Assembly (NCBI GenBank): GCA_947259195.1
Contig: CAMYLC010000067.1
Coordinates: 18,070 to 82,069, forward strand
Direction of reading: 5' to 3'
Length of the DNA: 64,000 nt
Origin: Thermoanaerobaculia bacterium
Lineage (GTDB): Bacteria > Acidobacteriota > Thermoanaerobaculia > Multivoradales > JAHEKO01
The first letter of the stretch is position 1, and the number at the start of each line of letters is the position of its first letter. The translations under genes and the position numbers were made by a program. This document shows, piece after piece, positions 19,098-29,115 of the stretch. A model generated the notes under the pieces. That model worked only from the letters and a program-made list of their open reading frames with translations, did no database searches and was not told where the DNA came from.

Positions 19098-19529
19098 ATG
19101 ACCTGTCGAACAAGAGTCTGCAGAGGCACCGGGTTTACCCTCCTCGAGCTGATCATCGTGGTCGCCATAGTCGGTATTCTCGCCACCATGGCCATGCCGG
19201 CGCTCAAGAACGTACCTCGGAAAGCCGCCGAGGCGGTTCTCAGGTCGGACTTGAGAACTTTTCGGGACGCCATCGATCAGTTTCATGCCGACCAGGGCTA
19301 CTATCCACCAACGCTGGAAGCCCTGGTTGAAGAGGGCTACTTTCGCGCCATTCCCGTAGATCCGATCACCAAACGGTCCGACACCTGGGTGGAGATCTAT
19401 GATGAGCCCGATCCAGACTTCATACCGGCCGAGACCGACCTGCCAGAGGATGGACAGCCTGGAATCGTGGATGTGCGATCGGGCTCCACGATACTGAGCG
19501 TGTCAGGAACTCCATACTACGAGTGGTGA
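19098..19529 (+). CDS. gspG: GspG-like major pseudopilin
   Basis: Internal ATG at 19098 (the ORF track starts at 18972). Signal G|FTLLELIIVVAIVGILATMAMP, then LRTFRDAIDQFHADQGYYPPTLEALV, typical of GspG. Ends in PYYEW. Confidence 0.8.
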   Translation: MTCRTRVCRGTGFTLLELIIVVAIVGILATMAMPALKNVPRKAAEAVLRSDLRTFRDAIDQFHADQGYYPPTLEALVEEGYFRAIPVDPITKRSDTWVEIYDEPDPDFIPAETDLPEDGQPGIVDVRSGSTILSVSGTPYYEW

Positions 19530-20344
19530 GAACTCGGCTCTTGAATCAGCAGCGAGGCAGAGGGTTCTCTTCGCGGTCAGGGCTCGCCGACCAGGGGCGG
19601 CGGGGCTTCACCCTGGTGGCTTTGGTCGTGATCACGACCGTCATGACGATCTTGGTGGCCGCCGCGATGCCCATGTGGAGTCAGGTCGTGCAGCGTGATC
19701 GGGAGGCGGAACTGGTGTTTCGGGGGCTCCAGTACGCCGAGGCGATCCGAGTCTTCCAGCTGCGGTTCGGGCGCCAGCCCGTCAGTCTCGAAGAGCTATT
19801 GAGCGCCAAGCCGCGCTGCCTGCGCCAGCTCTGGAAGGACCCCATGACCGATAGCGGGGAATGGGGTCTCGTCGTGGTGCAGGTGGGAAGGCCTGCCGGC
19901 AGGGGGCGCCGCGGTCGAGAAACTCGAGAAGATCGGAGAAGACGACTCAGGGAAGCTCAGGATCAGGCCCGCAAGACCGGCGGTCTCACAACAGGTCAAG
20001 CCCCAGGTGATCTCGCGGGAGGCGGCGCGCCTTCGGGGCGAGCCAGCTCGCGGCGCGGCAGACAGGCCATGGGCCCCATCCAGGGTGTCAAGAGCCGCAG
20101 CACCGAGGAGGGTGTCCGGACGTTCTTCGGTAGCGACAGGTACAGTGAATGGAGGTTCACCGTCAATGTCCTTCCGACTCCCGCGGTGGTGCCGGGGAGT
20201 TTGAACCTCCTGAGGGCGAACGCTGATCAGGTAGGCCGCGCATTTCCACCGGACTTGCAACCCCAGCAGGGTTCGGCACCTGGCTTAGGACAAGCGCCAG
20301 GCGGTAGCCGTCGCCAGAACCAGCAGAGGAGACCCGGTGGATGA
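19523..20344 (+). CDS. Atypical pseudopilin-like protein (Ala at +5, Arg-rich disordered insert)
   Basis: 273-aa ORF. GTG start overlaps the upstream stop. Signal RRG|[22 protein letters not shown] lacks Glu+5. It has a GspG-like helix, a long Arg/Gly-rich low-complexity region and an internal RYSEWRF motif. Confidence 0.6.
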   Translation: MVRTRLLNQQRGRGFSSRSGLADQGRRGFTLVALVVITTVMTILVAAAMPMWSQVVQRDREAELVFRGLQYAEAIRVFQLRFGRQPVSLEELLSAKPRCLRQLWKDPMTDSGEWGLVVVQVGRPAGRGRRGRETREDRRRRLREAQDQARKTGGLTTGQAPGDLAGGGAPSGRASSRRGRQAMGPIQGVKSRSTEEGVRTFFGSDRYSEWRFTVNVLPTPAVVPGSLNLLRANADQVGRAFPPDLQPQQGSAPGLGQAPGGSRRQNQQRRPGG

Positions 20345-20789
20345 GGTGACTCTCCACGTTCGACGCCTGCCGCACGCCTCCGGTCTACCTCTACCGGAGC
20401 AGGCCTCTCCCGGCAGCGCGGGCCTCGATCTTCGAGCGGCTGTTTCTGATGACCTGCTGCTCGATCCAGGGGAGCGGACCCTGGTCCCGACAGGACTAGT
20501 CCTCGAGCTGCCGGAGGGTTGGGAGGGTCAGGTCAGGCCACGCAGTGGCCTCGCCATCCGACACGGCATCAGTCTCCTCAATTCCCCAGGCACCATCGAC
20601 AGCGACTACCGGGGTGAGGTGATGGTGGTGCTGGCCAACCTCGGAGGTAAGCCCTTCGCTATTCGTCGTGGCGACCGCATTGCCCAACTCGTGGTATCGC
20701 CTGTTACCAGGGTGGTGGTGCGAGAGGTGTCGGAGTTGAGCGCTACCGACCGCGGCTCCGGGGGCTTCGGCTCCACCGGGGTCGACTGA
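20337..20789 (+). CDS. dut: dUTP diphosphatase
   Basis: 150-aa ORF. Motifs [39 protein letters not shown] and a C-terminal [10 protein letters not shown]. Confidence 0.9.
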   Translation: MDEVTLHVRRLPHASGLPLPEQASPGSAGLDLRAAVSDDLLLDPGERTLVPTGLVLELPEGWEGQVRPRSGLAIRHGISLLNSPGTIDSDYRGEVMVVLANLGGKPFAIRRGDRIAQLVVSPVTRVVVREVSELSATDRGSGGFGSTGVD

Positions 20790-21320
20790 CCCGGGCTGCT
20801 TGAGGACGGAAAACGGTCGTTTCGAAGCCGCATTTTCGCCCCGGGCGGGGCCTAAGTCCTGCGGGCTCAGGTCGTTGCGGAAATGTCCGAAATTCATCAG
20901 AAATCTGTGTCGAGAGGCGGCTCTCGTGTAGTAGACTGACAAGCACTCGAGAGACTTTTCCTCCCTCCGAAGAGCCTTCGAGAAGAGTGTCGGAGCCGAC
21001 GGATTCATGAGCAGTCAGCAGCAGCCTCGGCTCCTTGCGGTTCAGACACTCGAAGTTGTCTCGGGGACGGGTCACCGAGCTCGACGACCAGGCGTCAGGG
21101 AGGGCCGGCAGCAGACTCTGGATTGCTTCCGGCGGACAACCTCCAGGGTGGCAACTCCTGCCTGACGCCGTCATGCAGTTGTGGGAGTAGGGAGCGTGAC
21201 CAGAGTCGAGCAGTACCGAGTAGCACCCCTCTCAGTTCCTCCAGCCGTATTACGGCTCCCGACAGTGGAGCCTTCGAAGCCCATTTATTCTCACCTCGTC
21301 GAAGAAGAAGGAGGACACCG

Positions 21321-24300
21321 ATGAAGTATCCGACTAGAGCCTTGGTCTTTCTGGGCTTGGCGCTTTGTGCCGGCATGGTGTTTGGACAGGGTCTCACCAC
21401 AGGAGTCCTGTCCGGTGTGGTCACCGATGCCGACAACGCCGTCCTGCCTGGAGTCAGTGTAGAAGCTGTTCACACCGATACGGGAACTCGCTATTCAAGT
21501 CAGACTGGAGGGGATGGCCGCTTCAGCTTCCAGAATGTGCGGCCCGGCGGCTATAGCGTCACTGTGACACTCGAGGGTTTCCATCCTCAGGAAGTGACCG
21601 ACCCCGTGGTCTCCCTGGGTGAGCAGACCAGGCTCTCCTTTCGCTTGGAGCTGGAGACGGTCACCGAGACCGTGACGGTGGTAGGGGAGTCGAACCCTTT
21701 GATCACACCCTCGCGAACCGGTGCCTCCAGCAACATCTCCACGGGTCAGATCGAAAACCTGCCGAACATCGATCGAAACTTCAACGACTTTGCCCGCTTG
21801 AACCCATTCATGGTTCCGCAGGCTGAAAACGAAGACCCGGATGCCATCAGCGTAGCTGGGCGCAGCAGCCGTTACAACAACATCCAGATCGATGGCGCGG
21901 TGAACAACGACCTGTTCGGCCTGGCGGATTCGGGTACTCCGGGTGGTCAGACCGAGACCGCTCCCATCAGCATGGACGCCATCGCGGAGATGAAGCTGGT
22001 CGTTGCCGATTACGACGTTCGCAACGGTGGCTTCACCGGCGGCAGCATCAACGCCATCACCCGCAGTGGCACCAACGCCTACAAGGGGTCGGTCTTCTAC
22101 TACACTCTTGACGAGTCCCTGGTGGGCGACGGCAAGGAAGAGCTTGGCGAGCCGGGCATCTTCGATGAGGAGCAGTACGGCTTCCGCATCGGCGGACCCA
22201 TCAAGCAGGACAAGATCTTCTTCTTCGCCAACGGCGAGATCGGCAAGCGGAACACCGCCACCGGTTGGTCGCTCGACGGATCCAGCGGTCAGTGCTTCGG
22301 AGGTTGCGACCCCTTCGTTAAGGCACAGGCCGCCCGGTTCAAGGAGATCCTGCAAACCCGGTACGGTTTCGATCCGGGCGCGCTCAGCGAGCTGTCTCGT
22401 CCCACCGACTCCGACCGGTGGTTCCTCCGCTTCGACTTCAACGCCGGCACCCAGCACCAGGTAACGGCTCGGTGGAACTACGTCGATGCCACCAACCTCA
22501 TCAACCGACCGAGCTCCAGCACTTACGAGTGGGACAGCGAAGGCTACTTCATCAACAACAAGACCAACTCGCTGGTCGGTGCGGTCAACAGCACCTTCGG
22601 CTCGAACAAGTTCAACGAGGCCCGGATCACCTACCAGACGGTCGAGGATCGGCGGCCGGCGGTTTCGTTCTTTCCCTGGGTCGAGGTCGAGGACCTGGAT
22701 CCAGACAACGGCTTCTTCGAGGAATTCGAGGCCGGTGGCGAGCCCTTCTCGACCCGCAACGCCCTGGACCAGGATGTCATCGAGATCACCGACAACTTCA
22801 CGTGGTTGCTGGGCAATCACACCCTCACACTGGGGACCCACAACGAGTTCTTCTCCTTCGACAACCTGTTTGTCGAGCACGCCTGGGGTGGGTACGAGTT
22901 CGAAACTATGGTCGAATTCGAAACGGGAATCGCTCAGGACTACCGCTGGGCCTTCGTCAACCCGGGTCAGCCCGATTCCCAGAAGTTCGATGTCCAGCAA
23001 TGGGGATTCTACGGCGGCGATCAGTGGGCGGTGAAGTCCAACGTGACGCTCACCTATGGCCTGCGGGTCGACATCCCGTTCTTCCCCGACAAGCCGAGCT
23101 TCAATCCCCTGACCGTGGATCTGTACGGGCTTTCCACTTCCAATATGCCCGACGGAGAGATGCTCTGGCAGCCCCGCCTGGGATTCAACTGGGACATCGC
23201 CAACGACGGCCAGCAGCAGTTGCGCGGCGGCCTTGGCGTGTTTGCCGGCCGGGCGCCCTACGTCTGGATCTCCAACAACTATGCCCGCACCGGAATCGAG
23301 CAGACGATCATCGATGCCGGAGGGGCCTTCGTGTTCAATCCCGACCCCAATACACAGCCTCCAGATGGCGTTGCCGGAAACGTGGCCTCTGAAGAGTTCA
23401 ACCTGATCGACCCGAACTTCAAGTTCCCGCAGCTGCTGCGCTTCAACCTGGCTTACGATCGGCAGTTGCCCTGGTGGGACCTGGTGGGCTCGGCCGAGTT
23501 CATTTACTCGGACAGTATCGAGGAGGTCGATTACAAGAACGTCAACATCACGCCGACCGGTCCGCCGATTCCCTTCGACGGTCGGCCCACGTTCGAGCGC
23601 GTCTCCAATGACGTCTCTGGTGCCTTCTTCATCACCAACACCGACCGGGGCGACTCCACCAACTTCGCCCTGAAGCTGGAGAAGCCCTACCGAGGCGGAG
23701 TCTGGGGATTCGTGTCGTACGCTTACGGCGAGTCGAACGTGATCAACGACGGTACCTCCAGTCGAGCGATCTCGAACTGGCAGTATACGGAGGCGTTCAA
23801 CCCCAACGATGTCGGGCTGTCCAGATCCGACTACTCGGTGCTACACCGGTTCAACTTCTCGCTGGCCTACCGCTTCAACGACAACAGTCGGTGGCCGACC
23901 ACGGTGTCGACGTTCTACAACCTGCAGTCGGGACGGCCCTACAGCTACATCTACGACCGGCAGAACTTCCGGAGCATCAATCAGGACAACTTCTATGACA
24001 ACGACCTGATCTACGTTCCGACCGGGCCCGACGACGTGGAGATCACCAATGGCACCTGGGAGCAGCTGGATGCCTTCATTAGCTCGGAAGAGTGTCTGAA
24101 CAGCAGGCGCGGTGCCGTCGCCGTGCGCAATGACTGCGACGCACCTTGGTACCACACCCTGGACGTCCATATTGCCCAGGACATTCCGATCAAGAACACG
24201 AATCTGCAGGTGACCTTCGATATTCTCAACTTCATGAACCTGTTGGACAAGGAGTCCGGCTCGCTCAGCTATGCCAATTTCAATACCATCGACCCCATCG

Positions 24301-24443
24301 GCTACGGTGGGTTCAATGACGACGGCAAGCCGATCTACACTCTCGACCGGGTCATCACCCAACCGGACGACAACAACAAGTACGATTTCCACTCGCTCCA
24401 GTCTCGCTGGAGAATGAAGTGGGGAATCCGCTGGACGTTCTAG
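21321..24443 (+). CDS. TonB-dependent outer-membrane receptor with N-terminal carboxypeptidase-regulatory-like domain
   Basis: ATG at 21321 is preceded by GAAGGAGGA. Signal peptide MKYPTRALVFLGLALCAGMVFGQG. CarboxypepD_reg-like segment GVVTDADNAVLPGVSVEAVHTDTGTRYSSQTGGDGRFSFQNVRPGGYSVTV. Plug-like region, then a long beta-barrel ending in the aromatic terminal RWTF. Confidence 0.85.
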   Translation: MKYPTRALVFLGLALCAGMVFGQGLTTGVLSGVVTDADNAVLPGVSVEAVHTDTGTRYSSQTGGDGRFSFQNVRPGGYSVTVTLEGFHPQEVTDPVVSLGEQTRLSFRLELETVTETVTVVGESNPLITPSRTGASSNISTGQIENLPNIDRNFNDFARLNPFMVPQAENEDPDAISVAGRSSRYNNIQIDGAVNNDLFGLADSGTPGGQTETAPISMDAIAEMKLVVADYDVRNGGFTGGSINAITRSGTNAYKGSVFYYTLDESLVGDGKEELGEPGIFDEEQYGFRIGGPIKQDKIFFFANGEIGKRNTATGWSLDGSSGQCFGGCDPFVKAQAARFKEILQTRYGFDPGALSELSRPTDSDRWFLRFDFNAGTQHQVTARWNYVDATNLINRPSSSTYEWDSEGYFINNKTNSLVGAVNSTFGSNKFNEARITYQTVEDRRPAVSFFPWVEVEDLDPDNGFFEEFEAGGEPFSTRNALDQDVIEITDNFTWLLGNHTLTLGTHNEFFSFDNLFVEHAWGGYEFETMVEFETGIAQDYRWAFVNPGQPDSQKFDVQQWGFYGGDQWAVKSNVTLTYGLRVDIPFFPDKPSFNPLTVDLYGLSTSNMPDGEMLWQPRLGFNWDIANDGQQQLRGGLGVFAGRAPYVWISNNYARTGIEQTIIDAGGAFVFNPDPNTQPPDGVAGNVASEEFNLIDPNFKFPQLLRFNLAYDRQLPWWDLVGSAEFIYSDSIEEVDYKNVNITPTGPPIPFDGRPTFERVSNDVSGAFFITNTDRGDSTNFALKLEKPYRGGVWGFVSYAYGESNVINDGTSSRAISNWQYTEAFNPNDVGLSRSDYSVLHRFNFSLAYRFNDNSRWPTTVSTFYNLQSGRPYSYIYDRQNFRSINQDNFYDNDLIYVPTGPDDVEITNGTWEQLDAFISSEECLNSRRGAVAVRNDCDAPWYHTLDVHIAQDIPIKNTNLQVTFDILNFMNLLDKESGSLSYANFNTIDPIGYGGFNDDGKPIYTLDRVITQPDDNNKYDFHSLQSRWRMKWGIRWTF

Positions 24444-24468
24444 TCGATCGGCAGAGGATGAGAGTTTT

Positions 24469-24495
24469 CGGGGACCGCCTGGCGGTCCCCTTTTT
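24469..24495 (+). terminator. Rho-independent terminator downstream of the TonB-dependent receptor
   Basis: GGGGACCG (24469-24476), loop CCTGG, CGGTCCCC (24482-24489), followed by TTTTTT (24490-24495). Confidence 0.75.
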
Positions 24496-24504
24496 TCGTC
24501 CTCT

Positions 24505-24890
24505 CCTTTGGAGAGGCCTGAGGGCTTGAGGGTTGAGGCAGCCGGTGCTTTGCACCGGCTGGTCTTTGAGGGCTTGAGGTTGAAGCGTCCGGGCGTTCCT
24601 TCCGGCCGGTCTTTGAGGCATTGGGACAATGAAGGCAGTGAGGACTTAGGGGTGTAGGGATGAGTTCGAGACTCCCATCGTCCGGCGCGGGGACCTTCAG
24701 GGCGTTGTTGACGCAGAAGGGAGGAGCTCTCCGGGTACGTCCAAAAGGTCGGTCCGGGGGGCAGGATCCCAGGGGGTTCTTGCAGCGGAAGGGAGGATAG
24801 CCCCCTGGGATCCTGCCCCCCGGGCTGACCTCACAAGAGCGTTGTCATCTGTCGAGGACCCAGGACCCAGGACCCAAGCCCCAGGACGCA
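24505..24890. repeat. Mosaic intergenic repeat cluster, locus 2 of 4 (convergent junction, TBDR -> <- SDR)
   Basis: Contains CCTGAGGGCTTGAGGGTTGAGG (24516-24537) and TCTTTGAGGGCTTGAGGTTGAAGCGTCCGGGCGTTCCTTCCGGCCGGTCTTTGAGGC (24562-24618). Also a 21-bp perfect inverted repeat (24755-24775 / 24800-24820) and the CTGACCTCACAAGAGCGTTGTCATCTGTCGAGGACCCAGG module. All have counterparts at the other loci. Confidence 0.85.
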
Positions 24891-24904
24891 GATCTGCGTC
24901 CCGC

Positions 24905-25642
24905 CTAGCTCTGCCGATGCACTACCGTTGCCGTCGCCTGGTCGCGGGGGCGGACGACGATCTCGTCGATATTGACGTGCGGAGGCCTGGTCGCCGCCCA
25001 GGTGATGCAGTCGGCAACGTCCTCGGAGATCAAGGGAGTCATCCCTTTGTAGACGGCGGCGGCCTTCTCGGCGTCCTGGTTGAAGCGCACCATCGAGAAT
25101 TCCGTCTCGACCAAACCCGGGCAGATCTCCGTCACTCGGATCGGCTTGCCCACCAATTCGACTCGCAGGGTCTTGGTAAGCGCGCGAACGGCGTGCTTGG
25201 CCCCGGTGTAGCCGGCCCCACCGGGATAGGTCTCGAAACCGGCGATGGAGCCGACGTTGACGATGTGACCTTCCCCCGAGGCCAGAAGCGCAGGCAGGAG
25301 AGCCCGTGTCATGCGTGCCAGCCCCAGGAAGTTCACCTCCCACATGGTTCGCCAACGCTCGTCCGAGGCCGCCTCGATGCGATCCACTCCCAAGGCGCCA
25401 CCCGCGTTGTTGACCAGCAGGTCGAGTTTCTCGATCGGCTCCACGAAAGCCTCGACGCTGTCCGGATCCGTCACGTCGAGCTGCTGAAAGCGGGCGCCGA
25501 TCGGTTCGGCCACTGCCTGCAAACGCTCGAGCCTTCGGGCACCGAGCACCACCTCGAATCCGGCCTGGGCCAGGGCTGCGGCGGTGGCGGCACCGATGCC
25601 GGAGCTGGCGCCGGTGACCACTGCGAGCTTCTTGTCACTCAT
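24905..25642 (-). CDS. Short-chain dehydrogenase/reductase (SDR) family oxidoreductase
   Basis: 245-aa ORF. Cofactor motif VVTGASSGIGAATA, NNAG, and catalytic Y-x3-K (YTGAKHAV). Confidence 0.85.
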   Translation of the reverse strand: MSDKKLAVVTGASSGIGAATAAALAQAGFEVVLGARRLERLQAVAEPIGARFQQLDVTDPDSVEAFVEPIEKLDLLVNNAGGALGVDRIEAASDERWRTMWEVNFLGLARMTRALLPALLASGEGHIVNVGSIAGFETYPGGAGYTGAKHAVRALTKTLRVELVGKPIRVTEICPGLVETEFSMVRFNQDAEKAAAVYKGMTPLISEDVADCITWAATRPPHVNIDEIVVRPRDQATATVVHRQS

Positions 25643-25654
25643 CGAAAAGGGCTC

Positions 25655-26359
25655 CTATATCTCGGCCGAAGGGCAAAGGTCTACCAGCACGCAGTCGGCG
25701 CAGGCCGGCTTGCGGGCCTTGCAGACCTGGCGGCCGTGAAAGATCAGCAAGTGCGCCCAAAGCGTCCAGTCTTCCTGTGGAACCAACGCCATGAGATCGG
25801 ACTCGATCTTCACTGGGTTGCTCTCCTCGGAGAGGCCCAGGCGGTTGGAGAGCCGCCCCACATGGGTGTCTACGACGACGCCCTCGTCGATTCCGAAGGC
25901 ATTCCCCAGGACCACGTTCGCCGTCTTGCGACCGACACCCGGAAGCGAGGAGAGCTCAGCCATACTGGCAGGAACCTCTCCGTCGTGGTCGCTCTGCAGT
26001 GCTTGACCGAGGCCCTGCAGGGACTTCGCCTTGTTACGGTAGAAGCCTGTCGTGCGGATCATCTCTTCGAGCTCCGCCATGTCGGCTGCGGCGAAGGAGG
26101 CGGCGTCTGGATAGCGATCGAACAGTGCCGGGGTCACCATGTTGACGCGTTTGTCAGTGCACTGTGCCGAGAGGATGGTGGCCACCAGAAGCTGGAGCGG
26201 GGAGCGGTGCTCGAGAGCGCAGCAGGCGTCGGGGTACTCCTCCTTGAGTCGTTGGAGGATCTCTTCCGTCCGTTGTCTTTTCTTGGGCTTGGATTCGCGT
26301 CTCGCCTTGGCTGGAGTCAGGCGGCCTTGGCGGGCGGCTGTCGCCTTCTTGGACGTCAT
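25655..26359 (-). CDS. nth: Endonuclease III (DNA glycosylase/AP lyase)
   Basis: 234-aa ORF. HhH-GPD motif LPGVGRKTANVVL and C-terminal 4Fe-4S cysteines C-x6-C-x2-C-x5-C (CKARKPACADCVLVDLC). It also has a basic ~35-aa N-terminal extension. Confidence 0.9.
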   Translation of the reverse strand: MTSKKATAARQGRLTPAKARRESKPKKRQRTEEILQRLKEEYPDACCALEHRSPLQLLVATILSAQCTDKRVNMVTPALFDRYPDAASFAAADMAELEEMIRTTGFYRNKAKSLQGLGQALQSDHDGEVPASMAELSSLPGVGRKTANVVLGNAFGIDEGVVVDTHVGRLSNRLGLSEESNPVKIESDLMALVPQEDWTLWAHLLIFHGRQVCKARKPACADCVLVDLCPSAEI

Positions 26360-26372
26360 GATCGAGTAGCTC

Positions 26373-26717
26373 TCAATCGCTGGAGAGCGCGCGTATCACC
26401 CAGTTGAACAGCGCCATCACCAGACCGCCGAGGATCGCCGGAAAGCACCCGTCGATGGTCAGGCCGTTGAGGAGAAAGCTCGCCAGATACAACAGGGCAC
26501 CGTTGATGACCATGAAGAACAGGCCCAGAGTCAGGACGATGAAGGGTAACGAGAGGAGGACCACCAGGGGGCGTACCAGGAGATTGATGCCGCCGACCAC
26601 CAGGCCGGTGAGCAGCAGGTACCAGATGTCTCCCTGGTAGTGAATGCCGGGCACGACCTTGGCCACCAGCAGAATGGCGATCCCATTGAGCACGATTTGG
26701 ACTAGGGCTCTCAACAT
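26373..26717 (-). CDS. Small 4-TM membrane protein (phage holin family 4 / YvlD-like)
   Basis: 114-aa ORF, almost entirely hydrophobic with four predicted helices. The pattern NGIAILLVAKVVPGI...LVVGGINLLVRPLV resembles the holin-4/DUF360 family. No prophage context is present. Confidence 0.6.
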   Translation of the reverse strand: MLRALVQIVLNGIAILLVAKVVPGIHYQGDIWYLLLTGLVVGGINLLVRPLVVLLSLPFIVLTLGLFFMVINGALLYLASFLLNGLTIDGCFPAILGGLVMALFNWVIRALSSD

Positions 26718-26810
26718 TATCGAAACTCCTTTACTCGATCTCGGTCATCCGATCCGACATCTTTCCATCGCCGGATTGCTTCTCCGGCTTGAGGATTTGG
26801 CCTCTGCCAG

Positions 26811-27416
26811 TCAGTTGGAGGTCTCCTCGTCGTCGGGCATGGTCCAAGAAGGCAGGGAGGCCGGGTCCAGTCCGACCGATCGCAGTGCGGACTCCCAGAC
26901 TTCCTCGCTGTTCTCGGAAAAGAGGAGATCCTCCGATAGGGGAGCCGTGAGCCAATCGTTGCGAACGATCTCGTCCATCAGCTGTCCAGCTCCCCAGCCC
27001 GCATATCCTAGAAGGAGACGAAACTGGGCAGGTGGGTTCTGGGCCAGTCTGTCCAAGTCCTCCAACTGCTGGCCGATCCGGATGCCCGACTGGACTTCGG
27101 TAGAGGTGGCGGCGTACAGCTGGGCGTCAGCCAGATCTCGGTCTCGAAACAGGATCGTGCCCATCTGGGATTGGACGGGACCGCCGAAAAAGGCGGTGGC
27201 ATCATTCGCACCCTGCCAATGGATCTCCATACCGTCGAGGATGTCCTCGATGGGAAGTTCGGTCGGCCGGTTGATGATGAAGCCGACGCTACCTTCGTCG
27301 TCATGGTGTACCAGCAGCACCACGGCCTGGTGAAAGAACGGGTCCAGAACCTGAGGCATGGCCAGGAGCAGCACCGGGGTCTCGAGATCGGCGGCGGCCA
27401 CAGACATCACTTGCAT
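26811..27416 (-). CDS. yqgE: YqgE/AlgH family protein (UPF0301)
   Basis: 201-aa ORF. LLLAMPQVLDPFFHQAVVLLVHHDDEGSVGFIINRP and YAGWGAGQL are characteristic of the family. Confidence 0.8.
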   Translation of the reverse strand: MQVMSVAAADLETPVLLLAMPQVLDPFFHQAVVLLVHHDDEGSVGFIINRPTELPIEDILDGMEIHWQGANDATAFFGGPVQSQMGTILFRDRDLADAQLYAATSTEVQSGIRIGQQLEDLDRLAQNPPAQFRLLLGYAGWGAGQLMDEIVRNDWLTAPLSEDLLFSENSEEVWESALRSVGLDPASLPSWTMPDDEETSN

Positions 27417-27461
27417 CTTACCCCGACTGGAAGCCCTATCGATGGCCCCGAAAGGGCAAGA

Positions 27462-27494
27462 TGAAAAGAGAAAAGGCCGCGCTGTCGCGCGGCC
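27462..27494 (-). terminator. Rho-independent terminator downstream of tRNA-fMet (minus strand)
   Basis: Plus-strand GGCCGCGC (27475-27482), loop TGTC, GCGCGGCC (27487-27494). On the minus strand the hairpin is followed by TTTTCTCTTTTC. Confidence 0.6.
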
Positions 27495-27504
27495 TCGAGC
27501 TGGC

Positions 27505-29107
<1,603 letters not shown>

Positions 29108-29115
29108 TCCGTATC

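Noticed and set aside
21123-21320. 66-aa N-terminal extension of the TonB-dependent receptor ORF.
   Set aside because: A textbook signal peptide starts at the internal ATG at 21321, which has a strong GAAGGAGGA Shine-Dalgarno. The upstream part is Ser/Arg-rich with no signal-like features.
20790-21320. Cobalamin or another riboswitch upstream of the TonB-dependent receptor.
   Set aside because: I could not find the B12-box (AGYCMGGAGACCKGCC-like) or the conserved GCCACTG core on the + strand. Only vague G-rich similarity was present. It is kept only as an unexplained long upstream region.
24505-24890. Possible CRISPR array, considered because of the clustered short repeats.
   Set aside because: The repeats are heterogeneous modules in mixed orientation without regular repeat-spacer periodicity, and there are no cas genes in the window.
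24842-26407. 521-aa ORF on the + strand. Similar long antisense ORFs occur at 21495-23000, 16925-18358, 43409-44494, 47806-48909, 50251-51321 and 50390-51538.
   Set aside because: Each lies antisense to, or out of frame with, a gene carrying unmistakable family motifs (SDR/nth, TBDR, secretin, mraY, murG/murC, ftsA). Their translations are Arg/Gly/Pro-rich low-complexity sequence, typical of stop-poor alternative frames in GC-rich DNA.
26373-26717. Holin-family gene as a sign of a prophage or lysis cassette.
   Set aside because: There is no endolysin, spanin, integrase or any phage structural gene nearby. This small 4-TM family (YvlD/DUF360-like) is widespread in non-phage chromosomal contexts.
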